Sequence record: OK272482.1
Length of the DNA stretch: 64,000 bases
DNA from: Escherichia phage JLBYU08
Strand: one strand, 5' to 3'
Shown here: positions 29,015-38,257 of the stretch, one piece after another
How the letters are laid out: every line of letters starts with the position of its first letter
How positions within the stretch are numbered: position 1 is the first letter of the stretch
Position numbers and translations under genes: made by a program
The notes under the pieces: generated by a model
Told to the model about the DNA's origin: nothing
Seen by the model: only the letters and a program-made list of their open reading frames with translations
Database searches by the model: none

Positions 29015-29278
29015 ATGATTGTTTATTTTAAAACTTCAGGTGGATACCCTGATTCTCAAAGCTTGATCGGAAAAACGTGCACAGCATACTCACCTCTTGA
29101 TGAGGAGGTAAGCGATATTTTACGAAATATGTATCGGATTGACCCCCAAGAAGCCTTTGATCAAAACCTTGTATTTGTCAAGGGCTCGGATATGAAGTCT
29201 TTGGGAGCATTCCCTGAAGCAGATGATGATGCCGTTTATTCGTTCATGACTCCTTTTGAAGCTATGGTTGTTGGGTGA
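29015..29278 (+). CDS. small acidic protein, paralog family
   Basis: ...FVKGSDMKSLGAFPEADDD...; related to 23272 and 26922. Confidence 0.45.
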   Translation: MIVYFKTSGGYPDSQSLIGKTCTAYSPLDEEVSDILRNMYRIDPQEAFDQNLVFVKGSDMKSLGAFPEADDDAVYSFMTPFEAMVVG

Positions 29279-29282
29279 TAAT

Positions 29283-29615
29283 ATGAAAGTACGCTTTATT
29301 GGTGAAACAATTCCTGTGCATCTCCGGTCGCCTGAGGATTCTGCAGATCTTGCATCTCAAAAGGCGAGAGGTTATGATAAGAAAGTAACCTCAACCGATG
29401 TAGTGCTTGAGGCTACTAGTCTACCTGACCCTGCTGCATTCTTTAATCATTATGGGTACTATTTCAGCAATCTGATGAATATCGGTGAGCTTGTGTTTAT
29501 TAGTGGTGGAGAAATTGTTAGCAAGCTTGGCGGCGATCCGGATATCTTTCATGAAACCTGTCCTTTTGCATTTGTGGTAGGTTCAGATGTGGAAGTTATT
29601 GAGGAGGTGCGGTAA
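29283..29615 (+). CDS. small acidic protein, paralog family
   Basis: MKVRFIGE...VEVIEEVR; ATG 29283 chosen. Confidence 0.45.
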   Translation: MKVRFIGETIPVHLRSPEDSADLASQKARGYDKKVTSTDVVLEATSLPDPAAFFNHYGYYFSNLMNIGELVFISGGEIVSKLGGDPDIFHETCPFAFVVGSDVEVIEEVR

Positions 29616-30010
29616 TGGTAAGCCTATACCGTGTTGAGTATAGCTCAGATACTGTATACAACGTAAGAAGCAAAGATCGCAGCGACAGAGTGCAAGAAAT
29701 GTATGTTCTTGCCGACAGTCCGTTATCTGCAGCGTTCAAGGCAGGGGCTCTTGCATCTCGTTGGAAATTTGAAGGTGGATCTTCCTATGAAGAAACCCTT
29801 GAAGATTCTGTTGTTATTTCTTCTGTAGAGGTTTCAGATGACTACGAAGGGAAAAAGTTCGTAATGCGGCACCCACACAGCAACATTGCGTACTACTGGG
29901 ATGTTCTGAACAACGAGTGGACCCCAGATCTTCAGAAGGCTACTGTGCTAACACCGTTTTTGGCAGATAAGTTCCCACCAGAAGGTAATTTATCCGCACT
30001 GTTTCAGTAA
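29615..30010 (+). CDS. hypothetical protein, paralog of 27406..27804
   Basis: Shared HPxS...YYW...WTP block. Confidence 0.45.
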   Translation: MVSLYRVEYSSDTVYNVRSKDRSDRVQEMYVLADSPLSAAFKAGALASRWKFEGGSSYEETLEDSVVISSVEVSDDYEGKKFVMRHPHSNIAYYWDVLNNEWTPDLQKATVLTPFLADKFPPEGNLSALFQ

Positions 30011-30089
30011 TTTTCTTGCACACAGGTGTTGACAACGCCAACCCTGTGTGAAATAATACCTTCATCTTAATAAGACAGGGGACCGATTG

Positions 30090-30347
30090 ATGAAGATTAA
30101 ATTGAAAAACCTTGAAACGGCAGAGATTCAGGACGGTGTTGATTTCCGTTCTAAAGATGGTGACATCTTAGAGGTAAATATTCCAACCTACGAGCTGATT
30201 AAAGGTTTTGGCAACGTTCCGGAAGAGGATATTACAGAAATTCTTATGATGTTGATTCTTGACGGAACTGTGTTTGTAGGTGAAGGTGAGAACGCTATTG
30301 CAATCCCAGGCCATTTTTATGAAGTAGTTGACGAAGAGGTGCTGTAA
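30090..30347 (+). CDS. small acidic protein, MKxK paralog family
   Basis: MKIKLKNLE...YEVVDEEVL. Confidence 0.5.
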   Translation: MKIKLKNLETAEIQDGVDFRSKDGDILEVNIPTYELIKGFGNVPEEDITEILMMLILDGTVFVGEGENAIAIPGHFYEVVDEEVL

Positions 30348-30698
30348 ATGAAAGTAGAAATTACCGGTTTTGATGTGAATGTGGTTCCGGAAGATATTTT
30401 AGCTAAACTTCCAGAAGGTTTTGGTAACGGCGTTGTGGTGGATGCTGTTCCTCCTACCAAAGACATTCTGCTGCAGTATGGTGTAGCAGAGGAAGATGTC
30501 GATAAAGTTCTTACAATGATGGCAATCGATCGTGTTGTCGTTGTTAAAGGTCTCGATAATTTTGAGAGTGATCCCCTGATTATTCGTGGAGATGACTACA
30601 AAATCATCGATAATGAAGGCCAAGAGTTCTATGAACCTTGTGCAGAAGATATTCTTAACTTATTACTGGAAGCAGGTACCGAAGAGGAGGACGAATAA
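30348..30698 (+). CDS. small highly acidic protein, paralog family
   Basis: MKVEITGFD...; C-terminal EAGTEEEDE. Confidence 0.5.
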   Translation: MKVEITGFDVNVVPEDILAKLPEGFGNGVVVDAVPPTKDILLQYGVAEEDVDKVLTMMAIDRVVVVKGLDNFESDPLIIRGDDYKIIDNEGQEFYEPCAEDILNLLLEAGTEEEDE

Positions 30699-31027
30699 TG
30701 AAGATTGACCCGTTACTGAAGGCTCGTGCAGAAAAAGCGTACACCATTAAGCTGACCAACCTGGTTCCTACTTGTCATCCAGATGTAGGTTGGCCTGAAG
30801 GTCTGGTAGAGGGGACTGTAACAGCTGCATACCTCCCTAACATCAAATACCTTATGGAAATCTTGGAGCTGGATGAGGAAACGGCAGAAGAGTTCCAGTT
30901 GGACATGAAACAAAGTGGGACTCTGGTTATTCACGGGTGGTATAATACTAAAGACGCAGAAGACCCTCTTGTAACTTCTAATCTGGCATATGAAATCTTA
31001 GGACCTTTGAACCTGGGGGAAGACTAA
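30698..31027 (+). CDS. hypothetical acidic protein
   Basis: 109-aa ORF. Confidence 0.45.
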   Translation: MKIDPLLKARAEKAYTIKLTNLVPTCHPDVGWPEGLVEGTVTAAYLPNIKYLMEILELDEETAEEFQLDMKQSGTLVIHGWYNTKDAEDPLVTSNLAYEILGPLNLGED

Positions 31028-31314
31028 TGAAAGATCTGGTTAAGATTAAGATTAAAGATACCAACGGCGAACTCAGCCATTTTGGAATTAATGATGGTGA
31101 CGAGCTGATCGCACACCTGCCTACCAAGGAAGTTGTAAGCAAAGCAGTTGCCGGAGAAGAAGATGCAATGCAGGCTGCAGGTGTGGATGAAAACTATGTA
31201 GCCATGTGCATGTGCCGAGACCAGGTTGTTCTGTATAAAGCGTATCGACCAAACGGAGCCACGGAGTGGCTTGTATTCCGACCCGAAGGATATGAAATCT
31301 TAGAGGCACTATGA
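31027..31314 (+). CDS. hypothetical protein
   Basis: MKDLVKIKIKD...YEILEAL. Confidence 0.45.
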   Translation: MKDLVKIKIKDTNGELSHFGINDGDELIAHLPTKEVVSKAVAGEEDAMQAAGVDENYVAMCMCRDQVVLYKAYRPNGATEWLVFRPEGYEILEAL

Positions 31315-31403
31315 TAAATCTTGCCAAGGTTGCAACGGCACTGTTAATTATTTGCTGGTCAGTAACCTTAACACTGTGTCTTGTATTTCAGTAAGGTGCT
31401 TAT

Positions 31404-31667
31404 ATGAACATCCTGATGTGGGTTGTAGCAGTGGCGTTTGTTGCATGTTTTTGCTGCTGGGTTGCGGTGAGGATTTCTGTAGCTACCCTTCGGAAGTTGG
31501 GGTTCTCAGAGTGGGATATTAATATCCTTTCTTTTCGCAATGAAACAATCTCAGCCGCCCTGCTCTGTAAGAAATTCAAGTGGGAACCTTGCGAGGTCAT
31601 GAACTATCTAAGAACGGGAGATATCCCTGAAAGATTTAAAAAAGTTCTTGACGACAAGGATAAATGA
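31404..31667 (+). CDS. small membrane protein
   Basis: N-terminal TM MNILMWVVAVAFVACFCCWVAV. Confidence 0.45.
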   Translation: MNILMWVVAVAFVACFCCWVAVRISVATLRKLGFSEWDINILSFRNETISAALLCKKFKWEPCEVMNYLRTGDIPERFKKVLDDKDK

Positions 31668-31822
31668 TAGTATAGTGACTAACAAGAGGTGAGGAATGAC
31701 TGATTTTACTGAAGCTTTAATGATGGCCTTGTCTGTTTTAGCGCTATCGGTGTGTTTTGGGGCGTTATTCACATCTCTGGTTAAAGTTTTACATACAGTA
31801 TTATTACCCAAGGAGCGCAGTA

Positions 31823-32074
31823 ATGATGAAGATTGACTTAAATGCCGGAGACCATGTTGTTGTCAAATGCATCGGAGATTATCTTGGATTCACAATCGGC
31901 AATACTTACGAGGCGGTAGTGGCGAAGGTTTACCATGATAAAGTCCTCAGTCTTGTATTTGACTGCGATGATGATGGGGATGACCGATACGTCTGTGAGG
32001 TGCTGGCACGAGACGATAGTGAAGACCAGAAATTCCTGGTTATTGAACTGAACGGTATTTTTGTAGAACGTTAA
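31823..32074 (+). CDS. hypothetical acidic protein
   Basis: RBS AAGGAG before ATG 31823. Confidence 0.45.
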   Translation: MMKIDLNAGDHVVVKCIGDYLGFTIGNTYEAVVAKVYHDKVLSLVFDCDDDGDDRYVCEVLARDDSEDQKFLVIELNGIFVER

Positions 32075-32102
32075 TTTAAAACAACATAAGGAGACTCTTA
32101 CT

Positions 32103-32408
32103 ATGGCTAAATCTAAAGTTGAACTGTTCACCTCTCTTCCTTCTGACACTGCAGAACGTGATCGCCTTCGCAAAACAATCGAAGAACTGGTGGAACTCCA
32201 ACTTCAGATTAAAGATCTGAAAGATGCCATCAAGGATATCATTCTTGTTGAGAAGCAGGATCATCTGTATTCTCCTAAATTCATCAAATCTCTGGTGGCT
32301 ACCGAGTTCGATATTCGATATGAGGCTGAAAAACGTCGAGCTAAAATCGAAGAAGAGGTTGAGCACATGTCCGAGGCAGACATTCTGTTCAAACGCTCTG
32401 TAGAATAA
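32103..32408 (+). CDS. hypothetical coiled-coil protein
   Basis: RBS AAGGAGA; helical, charged. Confidence 0.45.
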   Translation: MAKSKVELFTSLPSDTAERDRLRKTIEELVELQLQIKDLKDAIKDIILVEKQDHLYSPKFIKSLVATEFDIRYEAEKRRAKIEEEVEHMSEADILFKRSVE

Positions 32409-32463
32409 TGACAAAGAGAGGGGCTTGGGCCCCTCTTTTTACTATCTATGAAGGAGATTTGAG

Positions 32464-32790
32464 ATGGGTATACCGATCACTGTAAAAGAATTGAATGAAC
32501 GTGATGCAGGCGGTCTATGGCCTGCACGAAAAATACGCTGTGTCTACATGAAAGAGAATCTTGAACATCTTGATCAACAGATCAAGGTCGGTGATATTTT
32601 CGAGGTCTTCTATTCCAATCGTCGCAACTGGGAAACCATTCAACCTTCTGGTTTTGTTCTTGCCAAACTTGACACTGGAGAAGTGATTATCCCAGGGTTG
32701 GATATTGTCTTCGAAATTATCCAGGAGTGGGATCCGGATAAGATTAGATACGAAGAGTTATTCGGTAAAGGTATTATCAAACCTGCGTGA
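32464..32790 (+). CDS. hypothetical protein
   Basis: RBS GAAGGAG before ATG. Confidence 0.45.
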   Translation: MGIPITVKELNERDAGGLWPARKIRCVYMKENLEHLDQQIKVGDIFEVFYSNRRNWETIQPSGFVLAKLDTGEVIIPGLDIVFEIIQEWDPDKIRYEELFGKGIIKPA

Positions 32791-32798
32791 GGTGGATT

Positions 32799-33098
32799 AT
32801 GTCTACAAAGGCGGCTAAATACTCCTACATGCCATCAACCTCTGCAGAGGTAGACTTTAGTTTCGATGTGTTTCCACTGTTTGAGGTGGTTCTGGCATAC
32901 CCAACAATACTATCTACTCCCGAATCACTTGTGCCTGTTAAGTTGCAGAACGCTATGCATTCTATGCACTACAACAATAAATGTAGGCACAGATGGTGTC
33001 AGGACGGGGAAAAAGATCTGGATAGTTTGAGAGATTTTGACAGTCACCTTTTGACACCTTTCAGCTACTCCAACCTTGATAAGCCCTCGTGGGTATAG
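32799..33098 (+). CDS. hypothetical protein
   Basis: ATG 32799 in frame with track ORF. Confidence 0.4.
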   Translation: MSTKAAKYSYMPSTSAEVDFSFDVFPLFEVVLAYPTILSTPESLVPVKLQNAMHSMHYNNKCRHRWCQDGEKDLDSLRDFDSHLLTPFSYSNLDKPSWV

Positions 33099-33123
33099 CA
33101 AAATATCAAATTTAAGACACCTA

Positions 33124-33150
33124 GGACGCTCTGTGGCGTCCTTTTCTTTA
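33124..33150 (+). terminator. rho-independent terminator
   Basis: Hairpin GGACGC-TCTGTG-GCGTCC followed by TTTTCTTTA. Confidence 0.65.
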
Positions 33151-33311
33151 TCTAGTGCACGATTGCATACCTTGGACAGGTAATCTCATTACAGAGCGTT
33201 TAAGAGCTTTCTGCAAACAACTCCATATTTCGAGCGTAGCGAGAACGCACGTCCGTTTTGACCCAAATCACCATACGCTCGGATTTTAACCAAACCCTCG
33301 CGGCGTTTCTG

Positions 33312-33340
33312 TTGACACATTACCGCCCTCGTGATATTAT
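33312..33340 (+). promoter_or_regulatory. sigma70-like promoter (TTGACA-N17-TATTAT)
   Basis: Consensus hexamers. Confidence 0.55.
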
Positions 33341-33458
33341 CCACACATCGTTTAGAGAATATAGGATACACAATGAGAACATTGTCCGAAGTTTTAGTGG
33401 TGATCCTGATGATCATTACGTCCATAGCGGCTGTTGCCGGAATACTCACGGGTGGAAC

Positions 33459-33671
33459 ATGATCAACACACCTGTATCTGAAGAGACATTCAAAGAAGTG
33501 ACCATATGTCCCTTGGCTGAGCCAGGGAAAGAGGAAAACTTCGATTCTGAAGATTCTCCATCTTCGCTACAGGTAGATCCTGAGGCTGATGACCTGACGT
33601 GGGAGGACATCGTAGATATCTGGTTCTCTATTATGCCTGAGCACGAAGAGTTCAGGGGTGGTAGACTATGA
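33459..33671 (+). CDS. hypothetical acidic protein
   Basis: ATG 33459 downstream of promoter; track ORF start lies upstream of promoter. Confidence 0.4.
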   Translation: MINTPVSEETFKEVTICPLAEPGKEENFDSEDSPSSLQVDPEADDLTWEDIVDIWFSIMPEHEEFRGGRL

Positions 33672-33791
33672 AGCACCGAGCACACACAGGTTCCTCATGC
33701 TAAAGCATGGCCTGAAGAGGCAAACGTGCATAATTCCTGTGCATTGTGACGTATAAAACCCGTCCACACTCTCATTTTCAGAGGAGATTTC

Positions 33792-34007
33792 ATGAAGATA
33801 GAAATATTTGGTGGAGCTGACAACACTCGTGGCCTGATTTACCTTGAATTCGATGAATCATACCTGCCAGAGGTGTTAAATATAGACTCTGTTGCGGAGG
33901 CTTTGGGAGTAAACCCTAAAGAACTCCACTCTTGTGCTGAGATCGATGGTTGGGAAGAGACCATGAACATTGATTTCAGTGAAGTAGAGGATGAACCGCT
34001 GGACTGA
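33792..34007 (+). CDS. small acidic protein, MKIEI paralog family; last gene of plus-strand arm
   Basis: RBS AGAGGAGA; MKIEIFGGAD... Confidence 0.5.
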   Translation: MKIEIFGGADNTRGLIYLEFDESYLPEVLNIDSVAEALGVNPKELHSCAEIDGWEETMNIDFSEVEDEPLD

Positions 34008-35536
34008 CACACAATTAGCTGCCCGGCTAAAGTGCTGGAAGCACCTATAACACATCTTTCAACTAAATTTCCTACAACCACAATCACTTACCTCCCACAC
34101 ATGACTGTTTGCTTGTTTAGTGAGCAGTCATGCCTTGACATTCTTGCCTATCCTGATAAAATTAAGTTCTTCTCTTTTCTTTTACCGAGTAATTCGGGTT
34201 TTCTGTTCTCTTCGGTTTGAAGGGGTATGGAGATACACCTGAGTGAACAGGGTGAACAACCGAACATTTGGCTATGGCATTAGCATGGCGAAGCGGACGG
34301 GTGACGAAAGAGGGGCCGGAGGACACCAGTCACTGCCATATGATATATGGGTGATAACCTGAAGAGTCTGAATAAGTGTTTAAGTACCAGTCAGAGGAAA
34401 AGGTGAATGGTAGCCGAAGGGGGAGGGGGGGTTTCTTGTATCTTTAATTTGTATATTATGTATACACTTGTAAACCAATCTCATTTGAATTTGTTTACCA
34501 CACAAAGGGGATAGAGACAAATATTATCTATTAAACTTGAATTATTTATAGAAAATACCACAACACCACTTAAGTCTTTGATTTTACACACAAATCCTAC
34601 AGATATTCACCCTCCATATTTAACATACCTGTAACATATTCCATACCCTACCTGTCTGATCAATTCACCCAACCACACCCTCCATATTTTCCCTGTCTGT
34701 ACCACCCCTGCCCCGCCGGGAGTCCCGTCATATCTGGCTTTCCAGCAAATATCACACCCACAAATATCATTGCCTGAAGAGGGTTTCATCCCATAATACC
34801 TGCCTTACCTGAAGAGCGCTTCATATACCCCGTAAATTTTTTTAATTGACCTCCTCCCCGCCGCCGGAGGGGTCGGCTTTTCCCACACAGGCCTGAAGAG
34901 TCAGCCAGAAATATTTGAACAGGTCCAGTTATACCACGATTTTGACCTGACCGACAGGGAGGCCCGAAGGGTCTAGCTTTCAGCTAGAGTCCTTGCAGGA
35001 CCTACAGGAGCGCTGCCAGGCGGACGAAATGGGAATACTTCTCATTCTTATAACAATTCTCAAATATCAAGGCAGTGAGGCAAATTAATAGGTGAGGCCG
35101 TTCACATAGTGGCACAACATTTGCAATCTATTTTGTGTGGGGGAATGAGAATACATATCATTGTGAGAACCATTATCATTACGGGCAATTTAACATAATA
35201 CCCATTATACGCACCACTGACGATACATACAGGGATTGATAACATGGGTTACTGTTTACGCATATAACAATTATATTTCTTACTATTTGTGTGGGATATA
35301 GTTAGCAGCCGATAGATTAGATATTGACCTGCGGACTTCTGACCGTCTAGACGTCTAAACGCCCACACAACAAGGCTTATACATACATCGCTGAATGTAA
35401 ACAGGGCCGCAAAAATGCTACCATACCAGATTGTAAATTTTTCATGCAGCACTTGACAAAGAGGAGAAAAACTTGTCTGACACAATATGACATACTGGGC
35501 ACATTAAACACACTTTAGACTTAATTGACATGCCTG

Positions 35537-35660
35537 ACTGTTTACGCTGTCACTATTCACGCTATTACTATTCACTCCCTTTACTGTTCACGCTCTTACT
35601 GTTTACATGCTTAATGGTTTACATGCTTAATATACTGCATGTCTAATAGTTTACATAGCT
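35537..35660. repeat. iteron-like array, about 7 tandem copies of CT(G/A)TT(T/C)AC(R) with alternating 14/16-bp spacing
   Basis: ctgtttacgct / ctattcacgct / ctattcactcc / ctgttcacgct / ctgtttacatgcttaat / tggtttacatgcttaat / tagtttacatagc read directly. Confidence 0.6.
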
Positions 35661-36509
35661 AACTATTTATACAGATATGATAAGCCATGCCATTCGTTTG
35701 CATGTTAATAATTTATGACATAATATAAAAGCAGGGCAACTATTAGCAGATCTATAGTTGCCTTGCTTGTCATGTCATGATTAACTAAATACAAGGCAAC
35801 TATGATCTGATTAATAGTTTGCAGACAAACTATCACGGGGGTGATGGTTACTGCTTTTATATTATGTCGCGACTCCGTCGCGCCATGCCATTCGTTTGCA
35901 TAGTTGCCTTATTGTTACAGATAAAATAATTGTATTGTTAATTATTTCTTATCTTTCTCTTAGTCATCTAATGATTCCAGTTAGTATAGTAATGTACAGT
36001 AAACATTAGACGACTAAAGATTTATATGCTTATAATAACTTACAGTGACAATTTCGGACTGTTTACGAAAAATGTTGACACCTGAGCCGATTTATGTTAT
36101 GCAGTTTACACGAATAATTATTTTATGCAGGTATTGACTATTCCGTTATTCCATGGTTGGAATAAATACTTAGCAGTCTATAGAATGGTGACGCTACGTG
36201 AATTCTGGAATTTAGTGGCTATAGTTATACTCGATTTTTCACGTAGAACACGCTTTTGTTAGTGTGTAAGTGTATGACTTATAAAGATTTTTAGTTGTTG
36301 ACAAGATACTGAAGATATGCATCAGGTTAAATTTTGTGCAATAGCGGCATTACGTGCAATTTTGGGAGAGAAAACGGGCAAAAATGGCCTTGCTACCACA
36401 CAATGAAAAATTATGCAATAGTTATTTTCCATGTATATTTGTACAGTGTGTGGGATTAATGGCTAGTCAATTATTCCACTTGCCAGGTAGGGCCGTTTAT
36501 GGTAGGAGA

Positions 36510-36542
36510 AGAGCAGACAAAAAGAAAGGGGCCTAAGCCCCT
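36510..36542 (-). terminator. rho-independent terminator ending the minus-strand arm
   Basis: Hairpin AGGGGC-CTAA-GCCCCT; on minus strand followed by TTTCTTTTTGT. Confidence 0.65.
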
Positions 36543-36561
36543 TGATAATTCAGTTAAAAAA

Positions 36562-36981
36562 TTATAATGATTCGTATATTTCAAAAATCCGATTTGCCAG
36601 GTCGTTACGGTAGCGGAATTTTTCCTCACGTTTGATCATAAGATCTTTATAGCCGTACTCTTTAAGCACTTCATTAACTTTATGGCGGCATACTTTCATA
36701 TTATCCTGCGCGTCACCAATAAATCTGTTGCTATGGTGCATGGCTTTAATTTCTTCTTCCAGGACCAGGGCAACTATGCGGACCGGATCAAGCTGATAGG
36801 CGGTAACATCCATGCGGCATTGTAGACGGCTTTTAACGTCCGCCACCGGATATACTGCAACCTCTTCCCCGTCAACATTGACAATAATTAGTTTACCATC
36901 GATTTCGAATCCTTTCGCCGCCGGACCGTGACAAAAAGCGTTATCAAAGCTATATGCCGGATTATCAGATTTAATGTTCAT
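36562..36981 (-). CDS. hypothetical protein
   Basis: 139-aa ORF with RBS GAGAGG; promoter at 37033-37061. Confidence 0.5.
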   Translation of the reverse strand: MNIKSDNPAYSFDNAFCHGPAAKGFEIDGKLIIVNVDGEEVAVYPVADVKSRLQCRMDVTAYQLDPVRIVALVLEEEIKAMHHSNRFIGDAQDNMKVCRHKVNEVLKEYGYKDLMIKREEKFRYRNDLANRIFEIYESL

Positions 36982-37032
36982 GGTGTTTTTTTACCTCTCA
37001 GTTAATTTTCTTACAACTTCCCTTCAAAAAAG

Positions 37033-37061
37033 AATATAGCAAAACTGCCGATCCCTGTCAA
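37033..37061 (-). promoter_or_regulatory. sigma70-like promoter (TTGACA-N17-TATATT)
   Basis: Read on minus strand: TTGACAgggatcggcagttttgcTATATT. Confidence 0.5.
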
Positions 37062-37127
37062 CCAAGGATAGCATAATTTTTATGTGATCAAGGGGCTTTA
37101 TTGCCCCTGACCATGTAACTTGTTGTA

Positions 37128-37391
37128 TTATTTGTTGCTCATCCAGTTTTCCCAAGCTGCCTGATAATCTGCCTCACTACGGCGGATCTCTTCTTGTTCT
37201 TCAAGTCGGATCTCTTCTTCCAGGTACCCCAAGATGTCAGCCTTTTTGGTCTGGCGTAGCATCCAGTCATCTTTTTTGCGGGTAAAGATCTTATAAGCTT
37301 TCTCGCAAACCTCTTTTTTGCTACCTTTCTGGACTTCCAGAACACGATAAGCCATATATTGAACTAGTTTGAGCTGGTCAAGACGTTTCAT
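37128..37391 (-). CDS. hypothetical protein
   Basis: 87-aa ORF. Confidence 0.45.
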   Translation of the reverse strand: MKRLDQLKLVQYMAYRVLEVQKGSKKEVCEKAYKIFTRKKDDWMLRQTKKADILGYLEEEIRLEEQEEIRRSEADYQAAWENWMSNK

Positions 37392-37453
37392 GATGTTTTT
37401 CCTCTTTATGTGGTTTTTGTTTAGTGGGCCTTTTGGCCCGTGTCATTATCTTA

Positions 37454-37726
37454 TTACTTACGGCGGCAGAATTCAAGCGTTTTTAATTGATAATCTTCCT
37501 CAGCCTGGAGTACAACCGCCTCGATCATTTCGTTGGCATTGTTGAAGCCATACCCTTTAGCGAACTCATCCGCACCACCTTCGTGATCATGTTCTGCGTT
37601 CATCGCTTCCACGAAATGGAATTCAAGATTATTGAGATAAGGGCTTGATGTTCCGTCCTCTTTTTCGATGAGATCCCAAATAGCATTAAAACGTGATTCG
37701 ACTTCTTGATTAATCCAGCTTGACAT
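37454..37726 (-). CDS. hypothetical acidic protein
   Basis: 90-aa ORF. Confidence 0.45.
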   Translation of the reverse strand: MSSWINQEVESRFNAIWDLIEKEDGTSSPYLNNLEFHFVEAMNAEHDHEGGADEFAKGYGFNNANEMIEAVVLQAEEDYQLKTLEFCRRK

Positions 37727-37945
37727 AATGTTTTCCTCTCTTCTGGTTGTTGTGTGGGCACTTTTGCCCCTTCAAGATAAATGTTACCCCACCACCTGGC
37801 AGATGTCAACGGTTTTTATAGTTCTTATATGACAGGCAGGCCCGGTGATTGTCTCCCCCTGTTCCCAAGTGCCGCCCGTTTAATAAGAATAGCAAAAGGG
37901 GCCGAACAAGTCAACCCCCAAAATCAGTACCAAAACACTTTTTAT

Positions 37946-38257
37946 TTATACGGTCCGATCATTGGCCTTTGTCCAGGACCTGGCGATCCGTTTCCCGGTC
38001 ACCTGGAACGGAGACTGCATTGTGTGTAAGGAGTCCAGCGTAAGGGAGGACCGTTTACGGCGTATCTTCAGGATCGCTAACGTATTGTCCATCTCACGGC
38101 CAGGCCCTGGGCGGTATGGTGTGCCTCCAGCGTTAAGGTTGATGATCTCATGTATTGAGATCCGGCGTTGTTTTGCTTCCGCATCTTTGAAGATAGCCAG
38201 CGGAGGAGCTATGCGTTGCCGATACCAATCTAAAACGGTTGGCGTAATAGCGATCAT
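37946..38257 (-). CDS. hypothetical protein
   Basis: 103-aa ORF. Confidence 0.4.
   Translation of the reverse strand: MIAITPTVLDWYRQRIAPPLAIFKDAEAKQRRISIHEIINLNAGGTPYRPGPGREMDNTLAILKIRRKRSSLTLDSLHTMQSPFQVTGKRIARSWTKANDRTV

Noticed and set aside
34200-34440. Possible tRNA or tmRNA in the GC-rich part of the inter-arm region
   Set aside because: No T-loop GTTCRANYC motif or cloverleaf could be recognised by eye; a structured RNA remains possible but cannot be supported
34607-35485. Minus-strand ORFs 34607..34789 and 35249..35485 in the inter-arm region
   Set aside because: No RBS, overlap repeat elements, low-complexity products; likely non-coding
35537-35660. Possible CRISPR array
   Set aside because: Repeats are 11-17 bp with 14-16 bp period and no unique spacers of CRISPR size; fits iterons, not CRISPR
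36354-36536. Plus-strand ORF of 60 aa just before the arm terminator
   Set aside because: No RBS, runs into the terminator hairpin, strand-inconsistent with neighbours
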